From positions 154,432 to 218,431 of IMG/VR virus record IMGVR_UViG_3300010163_000003: a stretch of 64,000 nucleotides of DNA. One strand, given 5' to 3'. This DNA comes from a virus (taxonomy: Duplodnaviria > Caudoviricetes). Shown here in pieces: positions 52,201-59,415 of the stretch; position 1 is the stretch's first letter, and each line of letters opens with the position of its first letter. Below the pieces are notes generated by a model. That model did not search any database. It was not told the origin of the DNA and was given only the letters and a program-made list of their open reading frames with translations. The translations under genes were made by a program, and so were the position numbers.

Positions 52201-54369
52201 TTTGATGGTGACAAAATTCACCTTATTTTCAATAATAATCCAGTTGGCAAAATGTTCGTAGACGCTATCCGCCACGGGACTAAACTCATCAATAAGAGAA
52301 ATCTTGCTAACTTAATCTCTATTTACCTTACAGAGCCAGGTGTTATAGTCGAAGCCAAGAAGAAGAAAGAATTCACTTGGAAAGCTATTACAGCTATGCT
52401 CATTGGAACCCTTAATGGCGATATGGTAGGTTTGTTGTCTAAGTCAGCTATGACTGCTATTGATTTAGCCAATGAACTTATTATCCTGTCCGAAATGTCA
52501 AGTCTTACTGGCTATAAAGTTAAGTTCTATAACAAATTCGATCAAGAAAAGTTTTATATGGGACGTCTTGGTCATAAAGGCGAAAAGATGTTTGTAAGTG
52601 ACAGGTTTAATAACCCTGAATCTGCTGGTCTTGAAGTGCCATGCGATGAAAATATCGGAAAGCCAATCGATCCTCGCCTTACTGTTAACGGCGACTATAT
52701 TCAGAATGAACTTACTGCTGAAGAGAGAAAAGCTCTTGGAGATTTGTTCGATGTTGATGGAGATAAGCGTCTGTATACTGGATGGTTTATTGGCACATGC
52801 AATGGCGAGAAATTCATTTATGTAGAAGCTCCTACACTTGGCAACCGTCTCCCTGCTATTGATAAAAACTCAGGTATGACTAAGACAGAAAAGATAATGA
52901 TTCATGGCAGAGAAAAGTCCGTCAAAGTATTCTCATATACCCGTAAGACATGGTCTTTTATTGCAGATATAAGTCGTATGGGCAAGGATGAAGTAGAAAA
53001 CGGCTACTACTATGAAAAGCTCGTTAAGGGAGAAACCATGCTTGCTGAAGACAACAATATTCTTGCTGGCACTAAAACTGCTGAAGAACTTGAAGACATT
53101 GCTGTTGAATTTGCGAAGCTTGGCATCGTTAATGGCTGTGAATGTGGGCGTGAAATTGACCGCACAAAGAATGGTTTTGGCCATGTCTGGGGTCTTCTCA
53201 TTAATGCAATCGCAGCTCATCGTGTATACTCTGATTGGATGCGCAAAGGCCAGTGTAATGAGCTTCTTGTCCGCAATCAGTATATCAGCACATCAACTCT
53301 CGGAGTTCTGTATCAATATGTACAAGCCCGTGAAAAAGAAATTGACAAAATAATGGGCAATGGCATCAAAATGGTTCCTTATGTTGCTACTCTGCTTAAT
53401 AAAGACGAGTATGATGGCGTATGGAAAATTATTAAGAGCAATGGCGGAACAAACAAAGGTTATACAGTCACGAAGCTTGAAGTCATTCGTAACTCATACC
53501 TTAATGAAATCAGGGGTGTTGACATTAACGAAAATCCTGAACTGATTGAATGCGCTCAAAAGGCTGCATGCAGAAGGATAATCGAAATGTGCGATGAACT
53601 CAATGTTCCTTATACAAGCGCGGCTGTTGCAGCATTCTTTATGGGAACTAAAGAAAAGACAGTTGGAAGCTTCTCTTGGTTGCTTGCTGATGAGCTTGCT
53701 GAAGTTCTGAAAAGAGACCCTGATGCACGCAGGATTATCAAACTACCTTGCCGTGAAGTTATTAGCCTTAAAGTAGAGTCAGACAACTGGCTGATAGCTA
53801 CTATTCCTGCCTATAAGGTCAATCGTAAGGATGGTAAGAAGAAGGTCAAGATAGGTACTAAGGAATTCCCGATAGAGCAACTTGATGGCGTAGCCCAAGG
53901 AGAAATACCGAACGAAGACATCTTCCAGATGGGCGATTGCAACTTTGCGGCTATTCCTTGGAAAAACAATAGCGGCGATACCCTTATCACTGACAATATT
54001 GCTCCTCGTTTTAATATCATTGGTAAGGACAAAACTAAGGAAGAAATCGGAGCCATTGCAAATGCTTTGTTCAATAAGGCTGATGGTGTACTCACCAAAA
54101 TCATTGTTGACGAAGAAGGCAAAATCGTTGGTCTCATGGACCTTGGAGACAAGAACATTGTTACTATCGAAATTGACACCTATAGCCTTCCAAAATCATT
54201 CACTGGCACAAATTATAAAGCTGTTGCTACTGGTCTTGAAATCGCTACTTTTGTTGGCAAAACATTCCGTAGCTATGGCGTTAACAAAGAAACTGAAGCC
54301 TATAAAGGCGAAAAGTGCAAAACATCTATTACTGCCGGGAATAACATTGTTAATGTATTCGTCCGCTAA
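49270..54369 (+). CDS. Single-subunit two-barrel RNA polymerase, RdRP (QDE-1)/YonO-like family
   Basis: Ordered family motifs TPGDG, PPAYTIRHGGKKGLL, GRMKVPG, IARSP, catalytic LQGADFDGD (DFDGD at 52198-52212), VGLLS, EIDRTKNG and STSTLGVLY. Start moved to ATG 49270 behind GGAGG (1699 aa). Confidence 0.9.
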   Translation: MLSIIIAIMNVLMGKIVSKAVKAMKQITTGLYVQYNTELCNENYIWYLARKKHAKLYRHDPKRAYKKALKTLEKEAERRAEIETRIRINRMLGKYYNDDKNVRHLIRLFNSKYHKESIPDDLMTIGYQVLNYLRNEGNKMYEQTRNAKIGCAAILTIMGVIDIGNFESDAKDGKIVINKEALEKISDVTLKNNLDKVLSGEKLTSVYNGYTKGRQTAVWSNMLNALRKYVKYIDHDVVVTKECVPVISLAENAFYTWKKNEEGKNVPVLNTIEIDGQTYCYVQLNDENGESRVVSRGNVNEYKEQHNGREPYFIVDNASSSVLARKVFNISKDNLILTVKPQNKSSEATQSLMEKILDNGFYDASTGTLFKFLAMPASKMKTCQFVFTSIPVAWVNNPNAYIGYVWGMAMGLTKYANVFRKYHNDTKHIVTMDEVVNTFRNEEFQGYRLVNENGLVNVAKTWSRFGLAMSSTFSLMELVTKNPEMKDVYDKSIGVAKTLRVKDASVRVKSPFHVISGIFNIHKPLTTKQMEENTRKRFDKLVAFCDRESEIINVPSIKDNLNKAKELFADNKTDECVNTLEAIVADVKKQIEYEYAIVEEYNRSGKKLVDEIGMFAENVGTLALLSDKIKDLKLDIKNGIAGEDEKTLTPGDGEMLANIKIIAGIATLLKKITIDEYKIIMDWWNSSDKILANIEEDSEIRNIIAKIPPAYTIRHGGKKGLLKLADLGQLLDTKKNGEIIVDNYDILTPDSAEKFSVENWEDAEFSVCLVGKVHSDKDFINTNAFMLSALKLSPKQIVSIAKTIIDEMVDALKDPDKAVAFFAKYSDDFNCQNGPASLLAMNKKLIKMDIVQTAILTTIKVVINNMACGRMKVPGNTSFISCDWAELLNLWLKDEMAEAGVHIKTLDEYAKEQGINEGYKGHYSNKSCEAMIARSPGYGWQEIVKLTLVKIDAWWWNHDVCELSVFDGIWENLQGADFDGDKIHLIFNNNPVGKMFVDAIRHGTKLINKRNLANLISIYLTEPGVIVEAKKKKEFTWKAITAMLIGTLNGDMVGLLSKSAMTAIDLANELIILSEMSSLTGYKVKFYNKFDQEKFYMGRLGHKGEKMFVSDRFNNPESAGLEVPCDENIGKPIDPRLTVNGDYIQNELTAEERKALGDLFDVDGDKRLYTGWFIGTCNGEKFIYVEAPTLGNRLPAIDKNSGMTKTEKIMIHGREKSVKVFSYTRKTWSFIADISRMGKDEVENGYYYEKLVKGETMLAEDNNILAGTKTAEELEDIAVEFAKLGIVNGCECGREIDRTKNGFGHVWGLLINAIAAHRVYSDWMRKGQCNELLVRNQYISTSTLGVLYQYVQAREKEIDKIMGNGIKMVPYVATLLNKDEYDGVWKIIKSNGGTNKGYTVTKLEVIRNSYLNEIRGVDINENPELIECAQKAACRRIIEMCDELNVPYTSAAVAAFFMGTKEKTVGSFSWLLADELAEVLKRDPDARRIIKLPCREVISLKVESDNWLIATIPAYKVNRKDGKKKVKIGTKEFPIEQLDGVAQGEIPNEDIFQMGDCNFAAIPWKNNSGDTLITDNIAPRFNIIGKDKTKEEIGAIANALFNKADGVLTKIIVDEEGKIVGLMDLGDKNIVTIEIDTYSLPKSFTGTNYKAVATGLEIATFVGKTFRSYGVNKETEAYKGEKCKTSITAGNNIVNVFVR

Positions 54370-54376
54370 AGATATT

Positions 54377-54411
54377 ATAGGAGGGGGAGAAATCCCTCTC
54401 CTATTTTATTT
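54377..54411 (+). terminator. Intrinsic terminator after polymerase gene
   Basis: ATAGGAGGGGGA-GAAA-TCCCTCTCCTAT followed by TTTATTT. Confidence 0.75.
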
Positions 54412-54459
54412 ATATAGTTCACAAATCAACTGAATATTAAATTTATGGAGGTATATATC

Positions 54460-55569
54460 ATGAAAAGCGCTATTATTAATGTTGTTGTCGTTCCCACCAT
54501 GTCCGTTCTGTCCGCTGCTGATAAATCCAAAGTTCGCACTATTGTTTCTGCTGGCCTCAATCTTCCCGTCAACATTACCCGCTCTGATTTCGAGGCAATA
54601 TATGATAACGCAAAAGACATGACTCCGACAATCCACGATTTCATTCACGTTCGCGTAAACCGCAACAAAAAGCTTGAAGGCTTTTCTATCGTTGAAGACG
54701 ATAACGTTATTGATTCTAATGATGTCGCAGAAGAAAACAACTCTGACTACTTTGACTCTCTTATTGATGAAGCAATTGGCGCTCCTGTTGCTGAAGACAA
54801 CGCTTCTGATGATATTGATATTCCGTTTGCTTTTTCTGATGAAGAACTTAATAATATTAATATGGCACTCGATGATTCTAATGTCCCTGTAGCTGAAGCC
54901 GAACCCGTAAAAGAAGAGACTGAGCATATGACCGCTCTTGAAAAAGCCATAAACGATATGATGAATTCTTATTCTGATAACGAGCTGTACGATTATAGCG
55001 CTTACGACCCTGATCATATTCCTGATGAAGATAAGATGACCGAAGAAGAAGTCGAAGCAGCATGGGAAGCTTACGACAATTTTGTTCCTGAAGAAGAAAC
55101 AGCTCAGGCAGTTATCGATGAAGAAGCTATTGAAACTGTTAACAACAATGATGTTGATCGTGAATTTGTCAAATTTGTACACGATAAAGCTGTTGCTGGC
55201 AAATATCCGAGGTGGACTCAGAATATCGATAAGCGCAATCTTAACGAATATGCAACCATGATTGGCAAGTCTATTGAAGATATCGTTGAGAAATATCTGA
55301 TGGCTAACAAAAATAAACACGGCTATATCACATATTACTCCGTAAGACCTGAGTTCATCGCTAGATACTACGAACAAGCTTGCTATACGTCTTCTGACTA
55401 TAAGTGGTTTGTTGTAGTTAAAGGCAATAACGTAGAGCTTTACGAGAAAAAAGGCAACGAACATGTTTTCAATAAAACTGTTAATGCTACAGAATCACCT
55501 GATGCATATACTAAAGCTCTCAAAGTTCTTGAGAGTTATATGTTCCGTAAAGGTGTGTGGGCAGAGTAA
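54460..55569 (+). CDS. Highly acidic early protein
   Basis: ATG 54460 after GGAGG. Central ~160 aa are about one-third Asp/Glu and contain DDIDIPF. Confidence 0.75.
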   Translation: MKSAIINVVVVPTMSVLSAADKSKVRTIVSAGLNLPVNITRSDFEAIYDNAKDMTPTIHDFIHVRVNRNKKLEGFSIVEDDNVIDSNDVAEENNSDYFDSLIDEAIGAPVAEDNASDDIDIPFAFSDEELNNINMALDDSNVPVAEAEPVKEETEHMTALEKAINDMMNSYSDNELYDYSAYDPDHIPDEDKMTEEEVEAAWEAYDNFVPEEETAQAVIDEEAIETVNNNDVDREFVKFVHDKAVAGKYPRWTQNIDKRNLNEYATMIGKSIEDIVEKYLMANKNKHGYITYYSVRPEFIARYYEQACYTSSDYKWFVVVKGNNVELYEKKGNEHVFNKTVNATESPDAYTKALKVLESYMFRKGVWAE

Positions 55570-55587
55570 TTAGCCTTCGGCATTTAG

Positions 55588-55633
55588 AATGGGTTAGGGT
55601 TAGAATAACTTCTTCCCTAACCCATTTGTCTTT
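55588..55633 (+). terminator. Terminator-like hairpin
   Basis: AATGGGTTAGGG / CCCTAACCCATT perfect 12-bp stem followed by TGTCTTT. Confidence 0.6.
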
Positions 55634-55726
55634 GGAGCTGGAAAATGTAAATTCTCCACTCTCTAGACGAGAAGTCGTGATGAAAATTGTCACGACTATT
55701 CATAATGCCAGTCGCTGAAAAGATGG

Positions 55727-55754
55727 ATGAAAACAGCAAAGCTGTAAGCTCTGA
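55727..55754 (+). promoter_or_regulatory. Triloop-hairpin motif copy 1 (candidate phage RNAP promoter)
   Basis: ATGAAAACAGCAAAGCTGTAAGCTCTGA. Confidence 0.65.
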
Positions 55755-55802
55755 TGATAGTTATATCATTATCGTCATAACATCATCTAGGTGCAAACTT
55801 GG

Positions 55803-55830
55803 ATGAAAATAGCAAAGCTATAAGTTATGA
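55803..55830 (+). promoter_or_regulatory. Triloop-hairpin motif copy 2 (compensatory variant)
   Basis: ATGAAAATAGCAAAGCTATAAGTTATGA: the stem C-G pair is replaced by T-A. Confidence 0.65.
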
Positions 55831-55885
55831 TGATAGTGATATAATCTATCATCAATCCCATCTTTAAAGAAGGAGGTAGCTGAAA

Positions 55886-56554
55886 ATGGCTACTAAGTTA
55901 GAACAGATGAAGGCAGAAATGGAAAAGGGTTCTGAGGTTGAAACCAATACCCCTATTGCTTCTGCTAAGGATGATGCATCCGCTCATGTAAATACTGCTC
56001 CGGGTCAGACCAGGAAACCTTCTTGGGTTCCGCGCTGGGTAGCAGTAATGGGCGCTGACGGGCATTTTGCTAAGTTCGCCAAGGTAACGGCTACTGCTCC
56101 AAGGGAACAAGTGGTTACTGGCGACGACGGCAAAATCGTAGCGCTTAACATAGTAGCGGGCAGCACTCTCATCGGAACGGTTGATGTTCCCTCTGACTCT
56201 TCGATATGGTCTGCAAAGACTGCACTGAACAGGGTCAACAAGGAATTCACCGGGATGATTTCTAATCGCAAGATTGAATCTCCGAAAGATGGCAGTGCTG
56301 ACGTAATCTCGATAAGGTTCGGCAATGATTTAGAGCTGCGCATTTACGTGGGCGGCATCAATAACAGTGCCATTCCTGCTGAGATTGCGAACAAGCATGG
56401 TCTGGTGGTCTTCCATGGCTTACAGAGCATTGGTGGCTGGATGAATGACACTCTCATAACCAGCAACTTTGATGAAGCCATTGATTGGATAAAAGCTCGT
56501 ATAGCTCAACCCGACAATAAGACTGCGGACGAGAATTCTTCAATTCCTTTCTAA
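55886..56554 (+). CDS. Early protein with SSB-like acidic C-terminal tail
   Basis: RBS AAGGAGG; ends DENSSIPF. Confidence 0.75.
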   Translation: MATKLEQMKAEMEKGSEVETNTPIASAKDDASAHVNTAPGQTRKPSWVPRWVAVMGADGHFAKFAKVTATAPREQVVTGDDGKIVALNIVAGSTLIGTVDVPSDSSIWSAKTALNRVNKEFTGMISNRKIESPKDGSADVISIRFGNDLELRIYVGGINNSAIPAEIANKHGLVVFHGLQSIGGWMNDTLITSNFDEAIDWIKARIAQPDNKTADENSSIPF

Positions 56555-56567
56555 TGCTTTAAGGCTA

Positions 56568-56603
56568 AGGGGTACTCAGTGGTGGGTGCCCCTCGCTTTA
56601 TTT
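56568..56603 (+). terminator. Intrinsic terminator
   Basis: AGGGGTACTCA-GTGG-TGGGTGCCCCT then CGCTTTATTT. Confidence 0.6.
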
Positions 56604-56627
56604 GTAAGCATTAGAAGACATAGCTGT

Positions 56628-56655
56628 ATAAAAACAGCAAAGCTGTAAGATCTGA
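56628..56655 (+). promoter_or_regulatory. Triloop-hairpin motif copy 3
   Basis: ATAAAAACAGCAAAGCTGTAAGATCTGA. Confidence 0.65.
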
Positions 56656-56740
56656 TGCTAACATGCTTAGCAGTCGGTAGGTTAAGATGCGTCCATAACC
56701 AATGGGCGTGTCCAAATCTACCGAAAGGAGGGAATGCGTT

Positions 56741-57043
56741 ATGGCAAGACCTCTCATGTCATCCCTGAACGAGACAACTATCGAACAGGCTAGAGTTCTC
56801 ATGGTGAAACTCCTGCCAGAAATCGATGTGTCTATCGCTACGGGACAGTACGTGATATGCGCCGTTATGGGTTACATAGCTGCACAGAAGCGCAACGACA
56901 TCAGCCTCGAAGACGTTTATGACTTTGTCATGAGACTCTGCGGGGAGCATCGGTGGCGTGTGAGCAAGTGGCGAATAGGTCACACTCTACGCTACAGAGT
57001 GCGCAAGTTCGTTGCTGCTGTAAGCGAACTCGTAAAGGTGTAA
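56741..57043 (+). CDS. Hypothetical early protein (100 aa)
   Basis: ATG 56741 after AAAGGAGG. Confidence 0.65.
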   Translation: MARPLMSSLNETTIEQARVLMVKLLPEIDVSIATGQYVICAVMGYIAAQKRNDISLEDVYDFVMRLCGEHRWRVSKWRIGHTLRYRVRKFVAAVSELVKV

Positions 57044-57130
57044 AGTAAAGCGGACCCAGTTACGTCAAACCAAGCGTAGCTGGGATTCTCTTTAAAGAAC
57101 AAACTCAGATATTACTAGGAGGTAATCATC

Positions 57131-57340
57131 ATGAAAAGATACAAGGCTCACATACAGTATGGCGTAGGCGAAGAAGCTCCTTGGGGTTTCGATATTGTCT
57201 GGATTGATACCAAGACTATTATCGGCACTAGCCAAAAGATTGCAGATGCCATTGAAGACCTCAAATACAGCGCGATGATGGACTGCTATCTTCCTTCCCA
57301 TAAACCATTTGCAGACATCGCCTATTCTGAACCCGCATAA
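57131..57340 (+). CDS. Hypothetical early protein (69 aa)
   Basis: RBS AGGAGGT. Confidence 0.7.
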   Translation: MKRYKAHIQYGVGEEAPWGFDIVWIDTKTIIGTSQKIADAIEDLKYSAMMDCYLPSHKPFADIAYSEPA

Positions 57341-57343
57341 ACA

Positions 57344-57389
57344 CAATCCCCCTCGCTCCTTGCTTCACGGTAAGGGACGAGGGGGATTG
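57344..57389. terminator. Long, probably bidirectional terminator hairpin
   Basis: CAATCCCCCTCG...CGAGGGGGATTG, ~20-bp imperfect stem. Confidence 0.6.
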
Positions 57390-57493
57390 CTTTGTAATAT
57401 TTTTTTGCGAAGTGGGTTTTTAAGAATAGAGCATACAACGAGGCTTTCTAAATAGTTCCTTCGGCGTAGTGGCTTCTACATGGCTTTAAAATA

Positions 57494-57521
57494 ATGAAAA
57501 CAGCAAAGCTGTAAGCTATGA
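57494..57521 (+). promoter_or_regulatory. Triloop-hairpin motif copy 4
   Basis: ATGAAAACAGCAAAGCTGTAAGCTATGA. Confidence 0.65.
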
Positions 57522-57542
57522 ACAAGCAACCACAATTTCTCG

Positions 57543-57591
57543 TAATCGGCTCTAACGAGCCGATTATAGCATTTTTATTCGTATTTGTCAA
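57543..57591 (-). promoter_or_regulatory. Antisense consensus sigmaA promoter A with overlapping palindrome
   Basis: Minus strand TTGACA-17 bp-TATAAT with extended -10 TG; palindrome TAATCGGCTC-N4-GAGCCGATTA at 57543-57566. Confidence 0.8.
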
Positions 57592-57611
57592 GAGTTAAGG
57601 AGGACAAAATC

Positions 57612-57968
57612 ATGAAACTGTTCAATTTATTCCGTACACATATAAACAAGACTGCTGAAACCATGAAAACAGTTACGCTGTTTCAGGTATCAAGACGCGA
57701 CGAAGAAGGCATGCTCAGGAATCTCTCTGGCGATTATGTACCTCTTTATCGTATGGAGCCTGTGTTCACTTCTGGAATGAAAGGTGACACCGATAACATT
57801 CTGGCCAACAGCTTTAAGTTCTTCAATGGCATTGACGAGTCTACCTCGATGTTGAATTACTCCATGACAGTGGGCGATGTGGTGTGCATAGATAGTGCGT
57901 TCTATAGGTGCATACCACAAGGATGGTCTTACATGGGTGGAGACCTAGACATAGGAGGCGCTATCTGA
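57612..57968 (+). CDS. YodL-like protein
   Basis: FKFFN...YSMTVGDVVCID..FYRC...GW matches the YodL-family SLSVGDVV...YY.D..GF signature. ATG 57612 after AAGGAGG. Confidence 0.6.
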   Translation: MKLFNLFRTHINKTAETMKTVTLFQVSRRDEEGMLRNLSGDYVPLYRMEPVFTSGMKGDTDNILANSFKFFNGIDESTSMLNYSMTVGDVVCIDSAFYRCIPQGWSYMGGDLDIGGAI

Positions 57969-57978
57969 GCATAAGAAT

Positions 57979-58005
57979 AGCCTACGGTATCCACTGCCGT
58001 AGGCT
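57979..58005. terminator. Hairpin / terminator
   Basis: AGCCTACGGTA-N5-TGCCGTAGGCT with T-rich flanks on both strands. Confidence 0.6.
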
Positions 58006-58015
58006 TATTGCTTCG

Positions 58016-58065
58016 TAATTGGCTTTTCTAAAGCCAATTATAGCATAAAAATATGCGAATGTCAA
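58016..58065 (-). promoter_or_regulatory. Antisense consensus sigmaA promoter B with overlapping palindrome
   Basis: Minus strand TTGACA-17 bp-TATAAT with TG; palindrome TAATTGGCTTT-N3-AAAGCCAATTA at 58016-58040. Confidence 0.8.
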
Positions 58066-58102
58066 GCCCCCTGTGCGAATTTATTATGAGCACAGGGGGC
58101 TT
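58064..58102. terminator. 13-bp perfect hairpin between promoters B and C
   Basis: AAGCCCCCTGTGC / GCACAGGGGGCTT. Confidence 0.55.
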
Positions 58103-58130
58103 TAGGCACCTTTTAAGGCTTTTCCTATCG

Positions 58131-58180
58131 TAATCGGCTTTCCATAAGCCGATTATAGCATGAAAAACCCTAAAAGTCAA
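58131..58180 (-). promoter_or_regulatory. Antisense near-consensus sigmaA promoter C with overlapping palindrome
   Basis: Minus strand TTGACT-17 bp-TATAAT with TG and AT-rich upstream region; palindrome TAATCGGCTT-N5-AAGCCGATTA at 58131-58155. Confidence 0.8.
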
Positions 58181-58215
58181 GCAAAATACGTAAAAATATA
58201 TGGAGGTATAAGAAA

Positions 58216-58644
58216 ATGACTACCACAACTACCAAAACTATGGCTGAAATGACCCAAGAATGTAAAGAAGTGCTGGATTACTGCTCCAAAAAAGCTAAAA
58301 ACGGCATATTCTATGAGGGTACATTGCTCAATTCTATCTCCTGGAACGCTATTCATAAGATGTACAGCCGCCGTGACGTAGGTGGTTATACCTATATTAG
58401 CCTTACAGAAGAAGAAAAAGCGCTTTGCAACACTCTTTATAGAGAAGTAAGGTGCTTTTTAAAGTCTCGTAAGACTAAAGGAGGGTATAATCAGTATATA
58501 ATCAACGAAGAAAAGCTCTATGTCACCACCGTAATAGAGACTCCTAACGAGATTCCTGTGGTATTAAATACACATGAAGAGGAAATTCTTGAAGAAGAAG
58601 TCCCTAATGCCACCCCAATTGCAGTAGTAAACATCCCATTCTAA
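58216..58644 (+). CDS. Early protein with acidic tail ending IPF
   Basis: RBS GGAGG; ends HEEEILEEEVPNATPIAVVNIPF. Confidence 0.7.
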   Translation: MTTTTTKTMAEMTQECKEVLDYCSKKAKNGIFYEGTLLNSISWNAIHKMYSRRDVGGYTYISLTEEEKALCNTLYREVRCFLKSRKTKGGYNQYIINEEKLYVTTVIETPNEIPVVLNTHEEEILEEEVPNATPIAVVNIPF

Positions 58645-58652
58645 GCAAAAAC

Positions 58653-59056
58653 GGTGTTTTACCCTAGGCTAAACCAACATATTGGCATGAAAGTGTCTAT
58701 TATCTAGCCTAGGGAACACCTAAATATGGCATGAAAAAGAGGTAATTTCCTGGCAAAAAGCTGGCCACATTATTGCCTACTCATCTTATTTCATGCAAAA
58801 TGTAGCATAGATATACACAAATAGTCTAATCACTATCCTTATAGGGATTTAGATATATTATTCATTGTATATTCTATGCATAAAAGTATTAGTATGTTCT
58901 ATAAGAAGAAGGATTATACATGGTCATAGGGTCATTTAATCTTTTTATGGGCATGTTTTATTAGATATCTGGTATTATTGGTTACGGGGTATCTCTTCTT
59001 CTTGTCAATATTGGTCAGGTATAATACTTTTCTTTTATGAAATAGTGTTGTACCTA
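58653..59056 (+). ncRNA. Putative ~400-nt structured RNA
   Basis: ORF-free gap with five consecutive stem-loop domains (58653-720, 58729-796, 58805-879, 58903-59003, 59017-055), a GAAA tetraloop and many plus-sense G-U pairs. Confidence 0.5.
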
Positions 59057-59113
59057 TCTTTTATTTTTGTAGGTATAAACCTTTAAAACCATACATGAAA
59101 GGATGTTATTGGC

Positions 59114-59338
59114 ATGTTTAATCCCGCAAATTTTAAGGCTCCTCCTGCTCTCAAAGCAGAGTGTACTCTTCCCGATGGCAATGTTCTTCTCGTAGACGTA
59201 AAAGATATTCATTCCAAGATGAAGTTCGATTATGAGACGGGAAAACAGGTATGCGTATACAGGTACGTCCGCGCTGAGGATGGAAGCATTATCGACCTTA
59301 TGAAAGCCAAAATCAAATATATCAAAGAGAGCAAGTAA
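59114..59338 (+). CDS. Hypothetical early protein (74 aa)
   Basis: RBS AAAGGA. Confidence 0.65.
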   Translation: MFNPANFKAPPALKAECTLPDGNVLLVDVKDIHSKMKFDYETGKQVCVYRYVRAEDGSIIDLMKAKIKYIKESK

Positions 59339-59415
59339 TATCTATAACCCTGCGGGCTTTTTGTTTTATAGGGCATAACTTAAAAATTATGAATTACTTT
59401 AGGAGGTAAATTACT

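Noticed and set aside
49543-54179. Several minus-strand ORFs up to 283 aa within the polymerase gene
   Set aside because: Shadow frames of a well-supported gene with biased codon usage.
54406-55464. 352-aa minus-strand ORF, hydrophobic-looking
   Set aside because: Antisense shadow of the acidic protein (GAA/GAT codons read as TTC/ATC); no RBS.
55727-55775. Hammerhead ribozyme (GAAA...stem...TA and CTGATGA present)
   Set aside because: Only 4 nt separate the putative cleavage triplet from CTGATGA, so stem I cannot form. There is an extra A in GAAAA, and the CTGATGA/GAAA core is not kept in the other copies.
57541-57591. Frpo-like single-stranded DNA promoter
   Set aside because: The hairpin pairs only part of the -10 and not the -35, and transcription would point into the loop.
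59002-59025. Plus-strand sigmaA promoter TTGTCA...TATAAT
   Set aside because: Spacer is only 12 bp and the TATAAT lies within a predicted stem.
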